From Microcystaceae cyanobacterium (GTDB lineage: Bacteria; Cyanobacteriota; Cyanobacteriia; Cyanobacteriales; Microcystaceae), in contig JBGTGT010000114.1 in the NCBI GenBank assembly GCA_041746575.1, positions 1 to 17,275 of the forward strand: DNA of 17,275 bases. The letters are read 5' to 3'. The stretch's first letter is position 1, and each line of letters begins with the position of its first letter. A model generated the notes under the pieces. That model was not told the origin of the DNA, searched no databases, and saw nothing but the letters and a program-made list of their open reading frames with translations. Shown in pieces: positions 1 to 7,850 of the stretch. The position numbers were made by a program, and so were the translations under genes.

Positions 1-220
1 TAATCGTTGTCTAATGAATTCCTGTTACTCTTTGGAGTCCTCTGAAACCCCTGCCATCTAAGGACACTTCTAAACATTCTTTTTTAATTTGAGGAAGATA
101 ACCTTTGGGGGTATAAGCTGAACGGAAGAGGCGACCACAATTTTTACATTCCAATCTTTGTTTTCCCTTTTGATAGCCATCTTGGCGATAATGGGAAGAG
201 TGGCACTGGGGGCATTTCAG
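1..220 (-). pseudogene. IS1-family transposase (InsA-like Zn-ribbon + HTH N-terminus) remnant, running off the window edge
   Basis: Minus-strand frame 220->2 reads LKCPQCHSSHYRQDGYQKGKQRLECKNCGRLFRSAYTPKGYLPQIKKECLEVSLDGRGFRGLQRVTGIH*TTI. It has CxxC...CxxC plus a GFRGxxRVTGIHxTTI HTH typical of cyanobacterial IS1 InsA. The expected start is CTG (218-220) and there is an in-frame TAG at 11-13. Confidence 0.85.
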
Positions 221-316
221 GTTGTTGAGTAGGTTTCGTTGACTCTTCCTTTCTCACAAATCCACTGCTCACTTATCAACGCCCAGAGTTTTTGGTTTTC
301 GGGGTTGAGTTTAAGG

Positions 317-345
317 TGTACCTCAGGAGTCTAAGTATTGCTATA
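317..345 (-). repeat. Putative mobile-element terminal motif TATAGC-N14-TGAGGTACA
   Basis: The reverse complement, TATAGCAATACTTAGACTCCTGAGGTACA (29 bp), has the same layout as TACAGC-N14-TGAGGTACA at 16753-16781. It lies upstream of the IS1 remnant. Confidence 0.55.
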
Positions 346-457
346 TTGATCTGAGTTCCTTGAATAGATATGACCTACCGTATTAAATTAAGCCTCTTGA
401 CTGCCTTCTGAGTCAACCTTAACATTTTGTGATTTATCACCATTTCAATTCTAAAAA

Positions 458-473
458 TGTAACAATAGATACA
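458..473 (+). promoter_or_regulatory. NtcA binding site (TGTA-N8-TACA) just upstream of a candidate -10 box, in a repressor-type position
   Basis: TGTAACAATAGATACA is GTA-N8-TAC with flanking T/A. TAAAAT at 480-485 lies only 7 nt downstream, rather than the ~22 nt spacing of NtcA-activated promoters. Confidence 0.75.
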
Positions 474-539
474 GAAGTATAAAATAGCTTCTATCTCCTA
501 CTTAAAGGGAAAAACTGCAATCGGAGGGATTATCCAGCT

Positions 540-725
540 ATGGAACGTTTATTTCGGGGTGTGAAGTACGATTCTCATCCCATAGAGTTAGAAGTGATTG
601 AAGGAGATACGAAAGGCCGTTATCGCGGATTAATGTGGCGAGGACATCACTACCGTCAACCGCCCCATCTCCGTCCTATGTCTCAGGAAATGACCTATCG
701 AGGTGTCCACTATAAAAAGGGTTAA
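540..725 (+). CDS. DUF4278-domain small protein (61 aa)
   Basis: Three (F/Y)RG motifs: LFRGVKY, RYRGLMW, MTYRGVHY. GGAGG RBS-like sequence at 523-527. Paralogous to the next ORF. Confidence 0.8.
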   Translation: MERLFRGVKYDSHPIELEVIEGDTKGRYRGLMWRGHHYRQPPHLRPMSQEMTYRGVHYKKG

Positions 726-794
726 TATCCTAAATCAACGACTATTTTCTTCAAATAACTCAACATAAACCAAATTTAAAAAGGAACGACAACA

Positions 795-1184
795 ATGAAA
801 CTCTCTTATCGTGGGGTCAACTATGACCGTGAAGTATCATTTCTAGAAGTGCAAGAAGGAGAAATTGCCGGAAAATACAGAGGAAGAGACTGGAAATATC
901 GTTATCCTAGATATATTCCTCAAACTCCTCCCAAACTGTATCGCCAATATCGAGGGGTTGCCTATAGTACTTGTTCACTACCGACCGATTCCCTTGTTTC
1001 GACCGCTAACCGTTGTTCTGTCGGTCAATTTGCCGCTAAACCCGTCATGCAAAGTCAGGTGACCGAGATTCACCTAGACAATATGCGTCGCAATTTAGAA
1101 AGACGTTTAAAAATTGCGCAAGAAAGCGGGAATAGTGTGTTAGTTAGCTTGCTTCAAAAAGAATCAGAACAACTCACCTTTTAG
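795..1184 (+). CDS. DUF4278-domain protein with a PirA-like helical C-terminus (129 aa)
   Basis: The N-terminus MKLSYRGVNY...AGKYRG...QYRGVAY resembles the IF17/GifB N-terminus. The C-terminus HLDNMRRNLERRLKIAQESGNSVLVSLLQKE resembles the PirA (Ssr0692) family by recall. AAGGA RBS at 781-785. Confidence 0.75.
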   Translation: MKLSYRGVNYDREVSFLEVQEGEIAGKYRGRDWKYRYPRYIPQTPPKLYRQYRGVAYSTCSLPTDSLVSTANRCSVGQFAAKPVMQSQVTEIHLDNMRRNLERRLKIAQESGNSVLVSLLQKESEQLTF

Positions 1185-1198
1185 GTTCTTTTTGGTAT

Positions 1199-1238
1199 TC
1201 ATTGCCAGGGGAGACAGCGTTTCGTCCCCTCTCAATGA
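1199..1238 (+). terminator. Imperfect stem-loop 3' of the DUF4278 pair (possible terminator or stabiliser)
   Basis: TCATTG/CAATGA outer arms and AGGGGAGAC/GTCCCCT inner arms. No U-tract. Confidence 0.4.
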
Positions 1239-1337
1239 CAGATGGGTTGAAAAGTCCTTGATTGAGCGTTAGTGTGCAGATTTTGTGGTAATCTCTTAAA
1301 ACGATTTTAATGTCTCCCGAAAAACTGCTCAGACACT

Positions 1338-2483
1338 ATGGTTACCGATGCGCCTTGTCAAGTGCCTTTTGTTGATCTTCATCAACTACATGAACCCCTA
1401 GAACCCCAGATTCACAAAGCGATTCACGAGGTCATCGAACAAGGCGATTTTGTATTAGGAAAAGCCTTAAGAAGGTTTGAACAGGCATTTGCTCAAGCCT
1501 GTGGAGTGAAATATGGAGTAGGAGTAGCATCAGGAACGGCGGCGATCGCCTTAGGACTGCAAGCCTGTGGCTTAAAATCGGGAGATGAAGTTTTAGTTCC
1601 CGCCAATACCTTCGTAGCGACGTTAATGGGGGTTATACACGGGGGCATAAAGCCTGTTTTAGTTGATTGTGATGAAAAAACAGCCTTAATCGACTTAGAA
1701 TCGGCTGAAAAAGCCCTAACTCCCCGCACTAAAGCGATTATTCCTGTCCATCTTTATGGTCAAATGGTCTCGCCGTCTCAATTGCGGCACTTTGCTCAGA
1801 CTTATAATTTAATCATCTTTGAAGATGCAGCCCAAGCTCACCTAGCAACGAGAGAAGAAGAAACTGCAGGATCAGTAGGGAAGGCCGCCGCTTTCAGCTT
1901 TTATCCCAGCAAAAACTTAGGAGCAATGGGCAATGGGGGGATATTAGTCACCGATGACGAAACAGTGGCGACAAAAATGCGATCGCTGAGAAATTATGGT
2001 GCGCCTCAGAAATATTATCATCAAGAAATTGGGGCGAATAGTCGATTAGATACCATACAAGCGGCTATTTTACAGGTTAAGCTTCCCCATCTTGAATATT
2101 GGAATCAGTCTCGTTATCAGGCGGCTCAAAAGTATGATCAGTCCTTAAAAATTTTAGCTCAGAAGGGGATTAGCCCACTCCATAATCAAGTGGGTGCGGG
2201 TCACGTTTATCATCTTTATGTCATTCGCCTGAAGGGAGAATGGGTGCATCAGCGAGAAAAGATCCAGTATTATCTAGAAAAGCGAGGGATTCAAACGGGG
2301 ATTCATTATCCGATACCTTGCCATCTGCAACCGGCCTATCAATATTTAGGCTATCAAAAAGGTGATTTTCCTAAGGCGGAAACGCTTTGTGAGCAAATTC
2401 TGTCGTTACCCATGTATCCTACCTTAGAAAATCTTCAACTAGAATGGGTGGTAGAGCAACTAGCGGCTCTATGCTACCATTAA
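1338..2483 (+). CDS. DegT/DnrJ/EryC1/StrS family PLP-dependent sugar aminotransferase
   Basis: Motifs VPFVDL, SGTAA, PVHLYGQ, EDAAQAH, FSFYPSKNLG (PLP lysine), NSRLDTIQAA, LSLPMYP. Confidence 0.95.
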   Translation: MVTDAPCQVPFVDLHQLHEPLEPQIHKAIHEVIEQGDFVLGKALRRFEQAFAQACGVKYGVGVASGTAAIALGLQACGLKSGDEVLVPANTFVATLMGVIHGGIKPVLVDCDEKTALIDLESAEKALTPRTKAIIPVHLYGQMVSPSQLRHFAQTYNLIIFEDAAQAHLATREEETAGSVGKAAAFSFYPSKNLGAMGNGGILVTDDETVATKMRSLRNYGAPQKYYHQEIGANSRLDTIQAAILQVKLPHLEYWNQSRYQAAQKYDQSLKILAQKGISPLHNQVGAGHVYHLYVIRLKGEWVHQREKIQYYLEKRGIQTGIHYPIPCHLQPAYQYLGYQKGDFPKAETLCEQILSLPMYPTLENLQLEWVVEQLAALCYH

Positions 2484-2510
2484 CCCTATTAATATTAAAA
2501 CCTTAACAAA

Positions 2511-3413
2511 ATGATGCAACGGTCTCAAAAACGCCCCAGATGGCTAGAAGATGATGGATTAATTATCCTTTTGGCTTTGGCTTTAACGGTAATTTACCTC
2601 CCCATGTTTGGCTACTGGTTAGATGGCTGGTTCAACAAAAATATTGGCATAGAACACGAATATTTCAGCCATGCCATCATCGGTTTCCCCTATGCGGCTT
2701 ATGTCGTGTGGCAACAGCGTCGCAAATGGTCAAAATTACCTGAGCAGTGTCACTTTTCGGGTTTAGTCCTATTGGTGATCGGGGTCATTTTTTATTTGAC
2801 GGGAGTCCCCGATCTGGCTTTTTTATCATTCCCTCTAATTTTGACGAGTATTTGTCTTTGTTTAAAAGGAATTCCGGGATTAAAATTACAATGGTTTCCC
2901 CTACTATTGGTTTTTCTAGGAACGCCTAACCCCATTCCTTATTTATTAACGCCGTTTACGTTACCGCTACAGCGATTCATCACCAATGTAGCCGGTTTTA
3001 TCTTAATGCAAGCACGACTGAATGTAGCCGTGACCGACGTTTACTTAGAAGTGAATGGACAAACCGTCGAAGTCGCTCCCTATTGTGCAGGTCTTAAAAT
3101 GCTCTTTACCAGTTTGTATGTGACTTTAATTTTGTTACATATGACAGATTCATTAAAGTCAGTCAAGAAAACGATTTTTATGCTGGCGGCCGCCACTTTT
3201 ATTAGCGTGAACGCTAACATTATCCGTAATACCCTTTTAGCCTTATTTCATGGCTTAGGAAATCAAACCGCTTTTAACTCATTACACGAAGGAGCGGCAG
3301 GAGATCTGTATTCAGCCCTCATGCTAATGTGTATCGTGGGAATCAATCATTGGCTTGATCGGGTGACCGCTCCCCCCCAACCGCTTACGGAGAGGTCGTC
3401 TCATCATGAATAA
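2511..3413 (+). CDS. crtB: Cyanoexosortase B (exosortase-family transpeptidase; not phytoene synthase)
   Basis: Multi-TM protein with HEYFSH, VEVAPYCAGL (catalytic Cys), NIIRN (Arg) and LHEG (His). Its position between DegT and wza-like genes is typical. Confidence 0.9.
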   Translation: MMQRSQKRPRWLEDDGLIILLALALTVIYLPMFGYWLDGWFNKNIGIEHEYFSHAIIGFPYAAYVVWQQRRKWSKLPEQCHFSGLVLLVIGVIFYLTGVPDLAFLSFPLILTSICLCLKGIPGLKLQWFPLLLVFLGTPNPIPYLLTPFTLPLQRFITNVAGFILMQARLNVAVTDVYLEVNGQTVEVAPYCAGLKMLFTSLYVTLILLHMTDSLKSVKKTIFMLAAATFISVNANIIRNTLLALFHGLGNQTAFNSLHEGAAGDLYSALMLMCIVGINHWLDRVTAPPQPLTERSSHHE

Positions 3414-4143
3414 TTTTAAGTCAACTTTTTTTTCGCCCTCGTCTTCAATGTTCAGCAAAAACCGTTTTTCCCTCAGCCGTTGGTTAATTATGTTGAGCCT
3501 AACGTTAATGATCGTTATGGCCGCCGTACCGGGTTACTGGGGCAAAAGCTGGTCATGGCAAGAAGCACCCAAGGTCAGTGCTTATCAACGATTGCTAAAG
3601 ATGCGGTCAACGGGTCTTAGTATTGCGGATTGGCCAACCACCTTGCAAAAAGAAATCCGTCTTGATAATGTGAAATGGTCTATACAAGTTGTTCAGCAAA
3701 ACGAAGATCTGCCCGTGGTTGTGATGCTTCTCCCTCAGGGTGTTGAGAGGGAAAAGCCTCATGTGATGTGGAGTCGTCCCTATGTGGAATGGACAGGAAT
3801 TGATGGCATTGAACGGTGGAAGCACGATCGCATCAAAACCCTGACTTTTGAAACGGCCTCAAATCATCGGGTGAAAGCGCGCTTTTTTAAAGCATGGAAT
3901 CAACAAACCTTTGCCGTGATTCAATGGTACGCTTGGCCGGGGGGAGGCGGTACTCACTCCTTCGATTGGTTTTGGCGGGATCAACTAGCGCAGCTTAGCG
4001 GTCAACGAGTGCCTTGGGTGGCTGTTAATATTAAAATTCCGACCGATCCCTTGAGCGATCTTGAAGAACAAAAAGCGTTAGCTCAATCTATCGCCCCCAA
4101 AGTTCAAACCGCTTTAGAAAAAGAAATTTTTCAAATTGAATAA
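3406..4143 (+). CDS. Cyanoexosortase B system-associated protein
   Basis: Overlaps the exosortase stop by 8 nt. One N-terminal TM segment, then AVPGY..WSW, VEWTGIDG, TFAVIQWYAWPGGG and WFWRDQ..QL...RVPWVAV. Confidence 0.85.
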   Translation: MNNFKSTFFSPSSSMFSKNRFSLSRWLIMLSLTLMIVMAAVPGYWGKSWSWQEAPKVSAYQRLLKMRSTGLSIADWPTTLQKEIRLDNVKWSIQVVQQNEDLPVVVMLLPQGVEREKPHVMWSRPYVEWTGIDGIERWKHDRIKTLTFETASNHRVKARFFKAWNQQTFAVIQWYAWPGGGGTHSFDWFWRDQLAQLSGQRVPWVAVNIKIPTDPLSDLEEQKALAQSIAPKVQTALEKEIFQIE

Positions 4144-4181
4144 AAATAAAGACAAATTTTGTGTGGTGTTGGGAGAATTTT

Positions 4182-5357
4182 ATGCCGTTATTTAAGTCTT
4201 GTGGCTCAATTTTGCTGAGTGGACTGATGTTCTGGGTATCCCCTAGTTTTTTGGGATTATCCCTCAGTTACAGTCAGTCTGAAACAACGACAGAAAACCC
4301 AGAATCGGGTTTATTTGCTCCTCCTCAAACGTTACGCGGCGATGATGGCGTCCCTCGTCCCCCGTCTCCTCCGCCCTTTGATCCCTTAACGTCTAAACAA
4401 TTTAACCTCTATCGCCTAGATGTGGGAGATGGTGTCAGCGTAACTGTTAGAGATTTCGATGAATTTTCCTTTTCTGGCCTAGTAGATCCAGAAGGAAATC
4501 TGTTTGTGCCGATTTTAGGACGAATTCCAGTAATCGGTCTAAGCTTAGACGAGGTGGAAACCAAAGTCGCCTTTGAGTTGGGTCAAAAATACTTACAAAA
4601 TGAACCCGAAGTGGTGGCACTGCTGACGGGGGTTCGACCTGTTGATTTGACGATTATCGGGGAGGTAGTCAGACCAGGCTATTATGCTTTCGCGCAAGGT
4701 ATCTCTCTCAATCAAGTGGTAGCTCAAGCTGGGGGCAGTACCCCCCAAGCCGATCTCCGATCAATCGTGGTGCGACGGGCGTTAGTAGATGGCGCCATTC
4801 TAGAAGAAGAAATAGACCTTTATACCCCGCTGATTCAAGGCAAAAGCCTTCCTTTACTGCAGCTACAGGGGGGAGACACCGTTATTGTCAATCGCTTGAA
4901 TCCTGAAACCGTTAGAGATTATGATCGCGCCGTCGTTGCTCGCACGACCCTCACACAACAAACGATTACGGTACGAGTTTTAATTCACGAAATTCCATCG
5001 GGACGACGATTGCAGAATGTTAATCTGCCTAACGGGAGTACATTTATTGATTTGGTGGGGATTTTACCGGGGGGCGATCGCCTCCGTCTTAAGCAAAATG
5101 AAGTGACCCTTCTGCGTTTTGACCCAGATCTCGGTAGAGTGGTCACGCAATCGCTGAATCCTGAATCTTTAGTCCTTGAAGGGGATATTCCTCAAAATGT
5201 CTTGCTCAGAGATCAAGATGTCATTATAACCAGTCGTACCCTACTTGGAGAAATTTTTGCGGCTTTTAATATCATTACGCAACCCATTCGGGATCTCTTT
5301 AGCTTTACTGATTTTTTCAGACGATTCACGAATGGGAATGGTCGTCGGGGGTTTTAG
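4182..5357 (+). CDS. Polysaccharide export protein (Wza/OPX family with SLBB domains)
   Basis: YRLDVGDGVSV and VDPEGNLFVPILG (poly_export domain); GEVVRPGYY...AGG..ADLRSI (SLBB). ATG 4182 is preferred over GTG 4161 because of GGAG at 4172-4175. Confidence 0.9.
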   Translation: MPLFKSCGSILLSGLMFWVSPSFLGLSLSYSQSETTTENPESGLFAPPQTLRGDDGVPRPPSPPPFDPLTSKQFNLYRLDVGDGVSVTVRDFDEFSFSGLVDPEGNLFVPILGRIPVIGLSLDEVETKVAFELGQKYLQNEPEVVALLTGVRPVDLTIIGEVVRPGYYAFAQGISLNQVVAQAGGSTPQADLRSIVVRRALVDGAILEEEIDLYTPLIQGKSLPLLQLQGGDTVIVNRLNPETVRDYDRAVVARTTLTQQTITVRVLIHEIPSGRRLQNVNLPNGSTFIDLVGILPGGDRLRLKQNEVTLLRFDPDLGRVVTQSLNPESLVLEGDIPQNVLLRDQDVIITSRTLLGEIFAAFNIITQPIRDLFSFTDFFRRFTNGNGRRGF

Positions 5358-5430
5358 TTAACAATCTCTTACGATTAAACCTCGAAATAACCGCTACAAT
5401 AGTGGCACTTAGGATCGATTATCAATTATT

Positions 5431-7668
5431 ATGGCACCCCCCATTCTCAAACGCTTTCTAATCTCCCTCGAACAAAACCAACTCATTGGTTTCTTAGTGT
5501 TTTTGGCAGCCCTTGGAGCGTCTGTTTTGGTGGCGATGTTACCCGATCCGCCGCCCCCAGCCCCGACCTATCGTTCGGTTGGGCAATTGGCCTTTCGTAC
5601 TCCCCCTCCCTCTTTTACCAGTGCAGGGACAGCGATTCAACAACAGGGAAGAACGATTAGCAAAGATACGCTGTTATCCGATCGGGTTAGGGAGAGAACT
5701 GCCCAGCGACTCAAGTTTACCCCTCAACAGATGAGTACAATTTGGAATAATAACAGACTAAAAATTACCCTGCCTGGTGAAAAAACAGAACAAGAAGGAA
5801 ATAAAGCCACTAAACCAGAACCGACCGATTCAAAGCCTCAATTTATCACTTTGGAATACACCGATCCCGTCTCTCGTACCCAATCGACGGCTGTATTACA
5901 AGCTTTCATGGATGAAATGGTCGACTATAGCCGTTGGCTCAATACCTATCAACTTCGGAGTAAAATTGAAGCCCTCCAAAAACGACTGGGCGAAGTTAAG
6001 GGGGACTTAACCCTAGCTGAAAAGCGATTTTATGACTATATCAGCCAACAAGGAACGGAATTACTGGCCATTCAAGATGGAAGTCTTTTTAGTGGCATTA
6101 CCAGTAGTCAACAGCGTCAAAGGGAGTTTAAATTAGCCCTTGACGAGGTGGAAGGTCAAATCGAGAATCTTGTTCAGCAGTTGGGGTTAACGCCACAACA
6201 GGCGTATACCGCCGTTGCCCTCAGTGCCGATCCCATTTTGGCAGATCTCAGAGCCCGAATTTTAGGCATCGAACTCGAACTCGAACGCCGAAGATTAGAC
6301 CTCAAACCCGAACATCCCACCATTAAGCAACTACAAAAGGAACAGCAAGTTAATGACATACTGTTGCAACAAAGGGCCCAAGAATTGATCGGCAAAGGGG
6401 ATTTAGCGCAAGTTCCCAGTGAAATCCGCAAAGAAGGAAATCTTGACCCCAATCGCCAAGAACTAGCAAGTCGTCTTTTGGTTTTGGAAACGCAACGGGC
6501 AGGACTAATCAAACAATTAGAATCCACCATTAAAACCGAGCAGGAATTACGAGACCAATACAATCGTTACCCCGACCAACAGTTAAAACAAGCTCAATTG
6601 GTTCAAGCTGTTGAATTTCAACGGGTTATCTATCAAAATATTTTAACTGCCTTGGTAGATGCCCAAGCCGCCGAAGCAGAAACTGTCGGTAGTCTCAGTA
6701 TTGCTGTTCCGGCAATCTATCAAAAATCCCAAGAGATAGCCCCCTCTGCCCATAAAAATCGCCTCTTGATTATTAGTGCTGGGGGCGCACTCGGTCTTTT
6801 AGCGGGTTTAGGCGTCATTTTCTTGCTGGCACTCATTGATGATCGTCTGCACACTGCGCAAGAATTACGAGCGGCTTTAACAGAGCGAGAAATCTCCTTA
6901 CTAGGAGAATTTCCCCAGATGGGTTCTCCTTTGAATAGAGATAGCAATTTGATGGTTGATGACTTAGATTCTCCTTATTTGCCCTATTATGAGCGTTGTC
7001 GCAGTAATTTACGCCGTCTCGGTTCAGATACGTCTAAGGTGATTGTGATCACCAGTATCAGCAATGGGGAAGGAAAAACGATTACTGCCTATAATTTGGC
7101 GATCGCCTCTGCTTTTGCAGGTAAACGAACCCTTCTCATTGAAGCGGATTTGCGGATGCCGTCTCAATGCTCTTTAATTGGCATTACACCCAATCAAGCC
7201 TCCAGTGTTGAACCCCTCAAATACTATGCTGCTCGCAGTGAAGCCATTCAACTGGTGCCGGGTATTGCCAATCTCTACGTCCTGCCGAGTCCGGGTCCGC
7301 AACGGCAAGCCTCTGCCATTTTGGAATCCAGTGAGTTTCAACTGTTTTTAAAAGATGCCAGAGGTCGTTTTGATGTGGTTATTATTGATACACCTTCTTT
7401 ATCTCGCTGTAATGACCCCTTATTGCTTGAACCCTTCAGTGATGGTTTACTGTTGGTGACCTGTCCGGGGATGACTCGTTCCAGTCTGCTTCAAGAGGCA
7501 GTCAATCAATTTACAGAAGCCGACATCTCGGTGCTGGGGGCAGTTATCAATAGAGTAGAAGATTTAGGCTCAGACACCGTATCCGAAGTCATTTTTGACG
7601 TCAATGGCAACGCCAATCAGACCGAACAAGCTTCTTCAGAAACCAGAGAAACCAAAGTAGAAGTTTAG
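5431..7668 (+). CDS. Wzc/GumC-like polysaccharide co-polymerase with a BY-kinase-like domain
   Basis: N-terminal TM, long coiled-coil region with PEHP, a second TM, then Walker A SISNGEGKT, A' LLIEADLR and Walker B VVIIDTP. Confidence 0.9.
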   Translation: MAPPILKRFLISLEQNQLIGFLVFLAALGASVLVAMLPDPPPPAPTYRSVGQLAFRTPPPSFTSAGTAIQQQGRTISKDTLLSDRVRERTAQRLKFTPQQMSTIWNNNRLKITLPGEKTEQEGNKATKPEPTDSKPQFITLEYTDPVSRTQSTAVLQAFMDEMVDYSRWLNTYQLRSKIEALQKRLGEVKGDLTLAEKRFYDYISQQGTELLAIQDGSLFSGITSSQQRQREFKLALDEVEGQIENLVQQLGLTPQQAYTAVALSADPILADLRARILGIELELERRRLDLKPEHPTIKQLQKEQQVNDILLQQRAQELIGKGDLAQVPSEIRKEGNLDPNRQELASRLLVLETQRAGLIKQLESTIKTEQELRDQYNRYPDQQLKQAQLVQAVEFQRVIYQNILTALVDAQAAEAETVGSLSIAVPAIYQKSQEIAPSAHKNRLLIISAGGALGLLAGLGVIFLLALIDDRLHTAQELRAALTEREISLLGEFPQMGSPLNRDSNLMVDDLDSPYLPYYERCRSNLRRLGSDTSKVIVITSISNGEGKTITAYNLAIASAFAGKRTLLIEADLRMPSQCSLIGITPNQASSVEPLKYYAARSEAIQLVPGIANLYVLPSPGPQRQASAILESSEFQLFLKDARGRFDVVIIDTPSLSRCNDPLLLEPFSDGLLLVTCPGMTRSSLLQEAVNQFTEADISVLGAVINRVEDLGSDTVSEVIFDVNGNANQTEQASSETRETKVEV

Positions 7669-7694
7669 AAAATTAAATGCTTGACACAGATACT

Positions 7695-7787
7695 AAAAAA
7701 ACAAGCACCTGAGCGTCTTTCCTACGTTTCGACCTCAAGTGCCTGTTTATTACTTTTTCCTCACACCGTCTACTTTTTCCTCACACC
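7695..7787 (-). ncRNA. Yfr2 (Cyano-1)-family small RNA, about 93 nt
   Basis: Minus strand: GGUGUGAGGAAAAAGUAGAC GGUGUGAGGAAAAAGUAAU AAACAGGCACUUGAG-GUC[GAAACGUAGGAAA]GAC-G-CUCAGGUGCUUGUUU UUUU. It has a 5' GUGUGAGGA motif, an 18-bp stem with a GAAAC/GGAAA loop, a U-tract, and a TAATCT -10 box at 7799-7794. Two G-U pairs exist only on the minus strand. Confidence 0.75.
7751..7787. repeat. Tandem direct repeat, 17 bp identical, period 20 (TACTTTTTCCTCACACC x2)
   Basis: Copies at 7751-7767 and 7771-7787. Confidence 0.95.
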
Positions 7788-7850
7788 ACCTATAGATTAG
7801 AAGAAAACTCGAGTCTGCGATTCCACCAATGGACAGTTTAATAATTGTCC

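Noticed and set aside
493..528. Anti-SD pairing (CTCC 495-498 with GGAG 523-526) in the DUF4278 leader
   Set aside because: Only 4-5 bp, too weak to claim.
486..794. Glutamine riboswitch ahead of the DUF4278 genes (AAGGAACG at 781-788 resembles the aptamer 3' end)
   Set aside because: There is no nearby 5' CGTT pairing strand or GGAAGTA core in either leader, so AAGGA is better explained as an RBS. A cmsearch would settle it.
1185..1337. NtcA control extending from the DUF4278 pair into the EPS/exosortase operon
   Set aside because: A 153-nt gap with a stem-loop suggests separate transcripts, and there is no direct evidence for read-through.
865..6947. Short overlapping ORFs in the track (865-1062, 1493-1729, 2747-2929, 3607-3825, 5513-5734, 5777-6010, 6174-6563, 6720-6947)
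   Set aside because: All are shadow frames inside well-supported genes and have no recognisable motifs.
7751..7787. Mini-CRISPR, or Yfr1 on the plus strand (TCCTCACAC)
   Set aside because: There are only two repeats with a 3-nt gap and no cas genes. The stem pairing, U-tract and -10 box all favour the minus strand.
7831..7850. GGACAGTT/AATTGTCC palindrome after the DUF1499 stop
   Set aside because: Weak, with a mismatch on the transcribed strand and no U-tract. A terminator, an operator and chance cannot be told apart.
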